Source of the DNA: an uncultured virus (IMG/VR IMGVR_UViG_3300025675_000001)
Taxonomy: Duplodnaviria > Heunggongvirae > Uroviricota > Caudoviricetes > Schitoviridae
Strand: one strand, 5' to 3'
IMG/VR virus record: IMGVR_UViG_3300025675_000001
Length of the DNA: 20,000 nucleotides
Shown here: positions 14,373 to 20,000 of the stretch, piece by piece
Layout of the letters: the number at the start of each line of letters is the position of its first letter
How positions within the stretch are numbered: the first letter of the stretch is position 1
The notes under the pieces: model-generated
Told to the model about the DNA's origin: nothing
Database searches by the model: none
The model's input: the letters and a program-made list of their open reading frames with translations, nothing else
Made by a program: the position numbers and the translations under genes

Positions 14373-17300
14373 GTGAGCCGCGATATCCAGTTCATCGGCT
14401 CTGCCACGGGCACCTTGAGCGCCGATCTGTCGGGGATCGGGATCCAGGCCGGTGACCTGATCGTCGTGTTCACCTTTCGGGTGAGCAGCACCACGCCGCC
14501 CAACCTGGGATCCGGCTATACCAACATCGGGACCGGATCGGGCTTTGCGTGCTCCGAACGCACGGGCTACCGGATTGCCGATGGCTCCGAGACCAGCACC
14601 GGCACCTGGTCCAATGCCAACATCATGGTCGTCGCCGTCTACCGCAATCATGGCGGGATCGGGGCGACCAGCATGTTTGGTGCCTCGAGCACGAACATCC
14701 AGTATCCGGCCCTGGCCATGGATGTGCCGGACCGGGCCAGCCATGTCCTGGTCTTTGGTGGCAACCGCAACACATTCGGCGATCTGGAAACGAACCCGCC
14801 GACGGGGACGGTCAATTTCGCGCATGACGTTTCAGGCGGGCAGGTGGCTGGTTTCCGGATGCTCGAGCCTGCCGGGGGCTGGGAAGCCACCAGCACGAAT
14901 ATCGGTGGCTTCGGGGTCGGATACCGCACCCGCATCGTCGAGATCAAGGCTCCCCTGTGGCCGGATCGCACCTTTTATATCCATCCGACGAGCGGCAACA
15001 ACGCCAACAACGGCACCAGTCCCTCGACGCCATGGGCCTCTCTGGACATGACCTGGAGCGGGCTTCTGCCCGGGGATCGGCTTTTGCTGGCCGGTGACAC
15101 CGTCTTCAATGGCGACATGATCTGGAACACCACCAGCGGCACGGCTGCAAAGCCAATCGTGTTCGGGGCCTATGGTTTGGGTGGCAGGCCGGAAATCGTC
15201 TCTTGGGAATGGACCAACGCCGTCTACATGGAAAACGTCTCGCACGTCACGGTGCAGGACATCCTGGTGACAGCCTCGGCCACGAACCCGGTGGATGATG
15301 GCATTCTCTTCTGGCTCACGGGAACGAACCAGCGTGAGGGTATCAAGGTCATCAACTGCGAGGCCAAGAACTACGCCCGCCGCGGTATCTTTGTCGGGGC
15401 CAATGATGGCGCCAAATACGATGACGTGCTGATCGATCGCTGTCTGACACATGCCAACGGCGATATGGGCATTTTCGTCTGGGCCGGGGATGAGACCCAG
15501 GCGGTGCGCCACACCAACGTGACGATCATCGACTGTACCTCCCATAGCAATCCCGGTCTCACCACCGCCTCCAACAATTCCGGCTCGGGCATCTGTCTGT
15601 CCCGCACGGATGGTGGCGTGATCCGCTACTGCCTGGCCTACGACAACGGCAATTCCAACAACCCGAATGTCGATGAAGCCGGCGTTGGCATCTGGACCTA
15701 TGGGTCCAACAATGTCGTTATCGAGCATTGCGAAAGCCACTCGAACAAGACCAACTCGGCCCGTGATGGTGGCGGCTTCGACATCGATGAAGCCTGCACC
15801 AACTGCGTGATCCAGTATTGCTACTCGCACGACAATGACGGTCCGGGCTTCATGCTCTGGCAACAGCCGGGTGGCGATGGGGTCTGGAACAACAACACGA
15901 TCCGGTTCTGTATCTCCGAGGATGATGCCCTGAGTGGCACCTATGGTTCGCTCTACGTGGCCAACCATGCCTCCTCGACGATGGGTACTGCCTTCGTTCA
16001 CCACAACGTCTTCTACAACGGCAATCCCGGCAAATGGGCGTTCGGGATGAACGAAGCGCCCAACAGCGTGCTGGTGCGCAACAATATCTTCGTGGTGCCG
16101 TCCGGTAACAAGATCGGCTTTGGTGTCATCGGTGTTCAGCCTCAGATGCGCAACAATGCCTATTGGACGCCCGGCACCTGGGAACTGGATTGGGGAGCCA
16201 ACACCTATACCAGCCTGGCGGCATGGCGGCTTGATCATGGCCAGGAAACCCATAACGGTCTGTGGGATGGCAATCCGCTCGGCTTCGAGGTGGATCCGGA
16301 ACTGGTCTCCGTCGGGACAGCCGGCACGATCGACGATCCGCGCAATCTGGCCAGCATCACCGCCTACCGGATCGAGGAAACCTCGCCGCTCTTGAGTGCC
16401 GGCCTGGTGTTTGATCCGGGCGTGACGGAAGACTTCTTCGGTCTGCCGGTCTCGAGCTCCACGGCCAACACGCTGGGTATCCATAACGTCGAAGGCACGG
16501 CACCGCCGATCCAGCAGATCACCCTGACCGGTGTGGCAACGACCACGGTCTTCGGGTCACCCTCCCTGACACAATCGGCCCCGATCCAGGAGATCACGCC
16601 GGCCGGGTTCGAGAATGTGTCCGGGTTCGGGTCTCCAGTTCTGACCCAGGAAATCCGGATTGACGGAACGGCGTCGGTCAATGCCCTGGGCAGTGTGACC
16701 CTGACACAAAGCGTTGTCCTCCAGGGCTTTGCCAATCTGGCTGGTTTCGGATCCCCCGCTCTCGAAGTGGGTGTCCTGCCCATCGAACCGATCGGGTTCG
16801 CCTCAGGCAATGCCTTCGGCAGCTACCAGCTCGACCAGACACTGGCGCCCCAGAGCCTGACCGGGATTGCGGGCTTTGGTGATGTGCAGCTGACCCAGAC
16901 GCTGGAGATGGCAGGTGTCTCTTCTGGTTCCGCCACCGGCAGTCTGACCCTGAACCAGATCCTCAATCTGACCGGTCTGGGCCATGCCAACACGTTCGGC
17001 AATGTGCGTTTGAACCAGAGCCTGAACCTGACGGGTCTTGGCTCCACGGGGACGCTCGGCGAGGTGCTGATCACGCAAATCCTGACGACGGAAGGGATTG
17101 CGCCCGGGTCGGGATTGGGTGAGCCACGTCTGGATCAGGCCATCACGCTTGAGGGCGTGGTCCCGGCCAACAGTTTCGGTTCCCTGACCCTCGAACAGAC
17201 GCTGGGGCTCACGGGTGTGGCATCGACTTCGGTTCTGGGCGAGATCCTCCTCTCCCAGATCCTGTCGCTGGATGGCGTTGCCTCGGGCACGGTCCTTGGT

Positions 17301-19673
17301 GACCCGCAACTGAACCAGAACCTGGAACCCTCCGGCCTGGCAGCATCGAACGGGTTCGGTTCCGTGCAGCTCATTCTCTCCGTGACGATGGAGGGTCTGG
17401 CCGGCACCGTGGCAATGGGTGCCCCGAGGCTGAACCAGGAAGTCAGGCTGGATGGGTTCGTCTCCGGTTCGTCGGGCTTGGGCGAGATCCGGATCATCGA
17501 GAGCGTCACCCTGGAAGGGATCGCTTCGACATCGGCACTGGGCGAGATCTGGCTTGGTCAGGAACTGCACCCGGCCGGGATCGAATCAACCACGAATGTG
17601 GGATACCCGGTATTCTCCTATGTGGGTGATGTGGTGGTGGCCCTGTCGGGGATCGCTGCGACAAACGCCTTTGGCAGCCCGGCCCTGTCACAACAACTGC
17701 GCCCGCAAAGCCTGATCTCGGCGAGCGTCTTCGGGTCTTTGTCCCTGGCGCCGATCCTGGAGATGCAAGGCTTTGCCGGCACGCAGGCATTCGGGTCTGT
17801 CTCTCTGGTTCAGACCCTGAAACCGGACGGCTTCAGCAATCTGTCGCTGTTTGGTGTGTCGCAGGTGAGCCTCGGCCAAGTCCTCGTTCTGACCGGGTTC
17901 CAGAATGGCAGCCTGTTCGGGACACCGGCCTTGCAGACCGACCAGGTGCTCAGCCTGGACAGTCTGATCAACGCCCCGACCTTCGGATCTGCTTCTCTGG
18001 TTCAAAACCTGATCCTGCATGGCTTTGCGGATCCAGATGGGCTGGGTGAACCGGCCTTGTTCATGGGCCTGTTGCCGCAACAGATCCGCCTCGAGGGCAA
18101 GCTCGGTCGCAACGGGGTTGGGCAACCGCTTCTGTTTCCCGGTCTGGTGCTAACGGGAGCACAGAGCGTCAACCAGTTCGGTTCACCGGCCCTGGAACGT
18201 CTGCCACGTCTGGCCCAGGTGCCGGCGCATGGTCTGGCGTATTTCGGGGAAGACGAGATCCAGGCGCTCTATCTCGGCGAGAACAAGGTCAACCGGGCCT
18301 ATCTCGGTCACCTCTGCATCTGGCCGCTGGGTTCCCTGCCATTCAATTTCCCCTCGGCCAAAGAGCAGGACCAGATGTCCGCTGATCAGATGCGCTGGGG
18401 ATCCACCCGGCCGCTGACCCCGGAAGAACAGGCGCTTGTTCCCGAAATCCCGCCCCACACCACGCTGGCCTGGTGGCGGGCCGATGATTTCGACGCCATC
18501 GATCTGCACGAAGGCAAGGTCTATGAATGGCGGGATTCCATGTATGGCCAGCCGATGTACCAGCCCGATCCGGACCGGCGCCCGGAATACTCGCTCACGG
18601 CGTTCGGCGGCACGCCGGGTGTGATCTTCCGCAGCGGCTTCCAGCAGTTCCTGGAGATGTTCACCTCGCCCTGGCCGATCGGTCGCAATGACATCTACGT
18701 GGTCGCTGTGGTGGATCAGCTTGCACCTCCCAGCAATCCGGCAGCCCAGTCGATCATCGCCTACGGCAACACGCCCCTGGCGCAGCGCAAACTGCAACGG
18801 CGTCTTGTGCTCGGCTATAACCGCTGTGCCATCGCCTTCGGCAACGGCTTCACCGAATATTGGCACATGCATCAGCCCAACCTCTATTGGGGCCGCAATG
18901 CTGCCCTGAGCTGGATGGGTGATGTGATGGCCTCGCTCGGGGTGAACGGTGTCTTTGCCGGGATCCTGACCCAGGCTCTGCGCACCGAGAACGGACGCAC
19001 CCGGATGGGTGCAGATGCTGCCTCCTTCGAGGCGCCGGGCGAATTTGCCGACATCATCGTTCGGGACATCCTGTTTGGCGCCTCCTCGGCGATGACGGCA
19101 CGCCATTGGGAGGAACTCCAGAAATGGGTGCTGTTGCGCCGGCAGATCCAGTTCTACGACGACTTCGTGCGCATCGAAGAGGATCTCGAAGCGGCCCATC
19201 CCTGGATCTGCGAGATCGGAACGCCCGGGATCCTGCGGGTCGTGAACAACAAGATGGTGCAGGAAGCAGCCGGTCCCGCCGACAGCCTCTACCTGTCACC
19301 GGATGTGCAGGATCCGGATCAGTATGTGCAGATCAAGATCCTGGCCCCGGCCACGGTCACGGCATCCCCGATCGTCGCCTTGCGGATCCAGGATCGGGAG
19401 AATTTCGCCTGCGGCATGCGGGCCGAGAACGGCACCATCCGGCTCTATACCTGCAGCAACGGAATACTCCAGGCCCTGGGCACACCGGTGGCTTACGGTT
19501 CTGGTGATCTGGTTCGGCTCGATGCCCGGGGCACCGAATTCCGGTTCTATCTGAATGGTGAGCCGATGCTGGGCCCGATCACCATCACCCAATTCGCCAC
19601 ACAGACCCGGGCTGGTGTTCGTGCCGGTCTGGCGACGGTTCCCTTCATCGACAATTACGAGAACGCGCGATGA
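14373..19673 (+). CDS. Giant multidomain tailspike/fibre (1766 aa): beta-helix depolymerase, Gly-rich repeat stalk and LamG/ConA-like lectin domains
   Basis: GTG with GGAG RBS. FYIHPTSGNNANNGTSPSTPWASL followed by parallel beta-helix repeats (DGGGFDID, CVIQYCYSHDNDG). About 20-aa LxGxxxxxxFGxxxLxQ repeats. WWRADD...VYEWRD LamG-like domain. Confidence 0.85.
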   Translation: MSRDIQFIGSATGTLSADLSGIGIQAGDLIVVFTFRVSSTTPPNLGSGYTNIGTGSGFACSERTGYRIADGSETSTGTWSNANIMVVAVYRNHGGIGATSMFGASSTNIQYPALAMDVPDRASHVLVFGGNRNTFGDLETNPPTGTVNFAHDVSGGQVAGFRMLEPAGGWEATSTNIGGFGVGYRTRIVEIKAPLWPDRTFYIHPTSGNNANNGTSPSTPWASLDMTWSGLLPGDRLLLAGDTVFNGDMIWNTTSGTAAKPIVFGAYGLGGRPEIVSWEWTNAVYMENVSHVTVQDILVTASATNPVDDGILFWLTGTNQREGIKVINCEAKNYARRGIFVGANDGAKYDDVLIDRCLTHANGDMGIFVWAGDETQAVRHTNVTIIDCTSHSNPGLTTASNNSGSGICLSRTDGGVIRYCLAYDNGNSNNPNVDEAGVGIWTYGSNNVVIEHCESHSNKTNSARDGGGFDIDEACTNCVIQYCYSHDNDGPGFMLWQQPGGDGVWNNNTIRFCISEDDALSGTYGSLYVANHASSTMGTAFVHHNVFYNGNPGKWAFGMNEAPNSVLVRNNIFVVPSGNKIGFGVIGVQPQMRNNAYWTPGTWELDWGANTYTSLAAWRLDHGQETHNGLWDGNPLGFEVDPELVSVGTAGTIDDPRNLASITAYRIEETSPLLSAGLVFDPGVTEDFFGLPVSSSTANTLGIHNVEGTAPPIQQITLTGVATTTVFGSPSLTQSAPIQEITPAGFENVSGFGSPVLTQEIRIDGTASVNALGSVTLTQSVVLQGFANLAGFGSPALEVGVLPIEPIGFASGNAFGSYQLDQTLAPQSLTGIAGFGDVQLTQTLEMAGVSSGSATGSLTLNQILNLTGLGHANTFGNVRLNQSLNLTGLGSTGTLGEVLITQILTTEGIAPGSGLGEPRLDQAITLEGVVPANSFGSLTLEQTLGLTGVASTSVLGEILLSQILSLDGVASGTVLGDPQLNQNLEPSGLAASNGFGSVQLILSVTMEGLAGTVAMGAPRLNQEVRLDGFVSGSSGLGEIRIIESVTLEGIASTSALGEIWLGQELHPAGIESTTNVGYPVFSYVGDVVVALSGIAATNAFGSPALSQQLRPQSLISASVFGSLSLAPILEMQGFAGTQAFGSVSLVQTLKPDGFSNLSLFGVSQVSLGQVLVLTGFQNGSLFGTPALQTDQVLSLDSLINAPTFGSASLVQNLILHGFADPDGLGEPALFMGLLPQQIRLEGKLGRNGVGQPLLFPGLVLTGAQSVNQFGSPALERLPRLAQVPAHGLAYFGEDEIQALYLGENKVNRAYLGHLCIWPLGSLPFNFPSAKEQDQMSADQMRWGSTRPLTPEEQALVPEIPPHTTLAWWRADDFDAIDLHEGKVYEWRDSMYGQPMYQPDPDRRPEYSLTAFGGTPGVIFRSGFQQFLEMFTSPWPIGRNDIYVVAVVDQLAPPSNPAAQSIIAYGNTPLAQRKLQRRLVLGYNRCAIAFGNGFTEYWHMHQPNLYWGRNAALSWMGDVMASLGVNGVFAGILTQALRTENGRTRMGADAASFEAPGEFADIIVRDILFGASSAMTARHWEELQKWVLLRRQIQFYDDFVRIEEDLEAAHPWICEIGTPGILRVVNNKMVQEAAGPADSLYLSPDVQDPDQYVQIKILAPATVTASPIVALRIQDRENFACGMRAENGTIRLYTCSNGILQALGTPVAYGSGDLVRLDARGTEFRFYLNGEPMLGPITITQFATQTRAGVRAGLATVPFIDNYENAR

Positions 19674-20000
19674 TCTACAGCGGCGATATTCCGATGACGG
19701 AACTTTGGCTTGGCACCCAGCCGGCCAGTGCCGTCTATCTGGGGGAGACCCTGATCTGGCGCCCGGAATTCTTCTCCTATCCCGAGACCGTGCATTTTGC
19801 CGCGAACGGCGATGACTGGACAGGGCAGGGGACAGACGCCTCACCCTTGCGCTCTCTGGCTCTGGCGAACCAGATCCCCCGGGAAGGCAAGACCATCCTG
19901 TTCCGGGGCGGGGATACCTTCGAGGGCACGCTTCATCTGGCACCCAATCAGGCAGCGTCTTCCTATGGTTCCGGAAAGGCCCGGATCTTCTCCGGCATGG
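19670..20000 (+). CDS. Second tailspike (beta-helix-type), 5' part only
   Basis: ATGA overlap with the previous stop. Manual translation MIYSGDIPMTELWLGTQPASAVYLGETLIWRP...VHFAANGDD...PLRSL...ILFRGGDTFEG...SSYGSGKARI. Open to the window end. Confidence 0.8.
   Translation, partial: MIYSGDIPMTELWLGTQPASAVYLGETLIWRPEFFSYPETVHFAANGDDWTGQGTDASPLRSLALANQIPREGKTILFRGGDTFEGTLHLAPNQAASSYGSGKARIFSGM

Noticed and set aside
14832..16484. 550-aa minus-strand ORF and other antisense ORFs over the tail genes
   Set aside because: Shadows of the tailspike coding frame.
14373..20000. Diversity-generating retroelement or invertible tail-fibre cassette
   Set aside because: No reverse transcriptase, invertase or template/variable repeat pair is visible in the window.

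Overview
GC-rich (roughly 60% by eye) segment of an N4-like phage (Schitoviridae-type), probably from an alphaproteobacterial host, that spans the junction between the two genome ends. Leftward from about 5.75 kb run early/accessory genes on the minus strand: gp1-like, N4 gp2/Drc-like ssDNA-binding activator, NADAR, Nmad5, wHTH-WYL, two tandem paralogues and a SLOG/DprA-like fragment. They are preceded by a canonical virion-RNAP hairpin promoter (GGGGC-GAA-GCCCC). Rightward from 8.9 kb run the late genes in N4 order: gp69-like, terminase large subunit, gp67-like, gp66-like, then large tailspike/fibre genes. Between the two blocks (about 5.9-8.7 kb) sits what looks like a complete plasmid maintenance cassette. 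It contains repeats and an AT-rich palindromic tract, an HTH Rep-like gene with a putative counter-transcribed antisense RNA, and a type Ib ParA plus ParG-like RHH partition pair. The most notable reading is an N4-like phage-plasmid, that is, a normally lytic phage lineage equipped for extrachromosomal lysogeny. All family assignments come from motif recognition by eye, not database searches.
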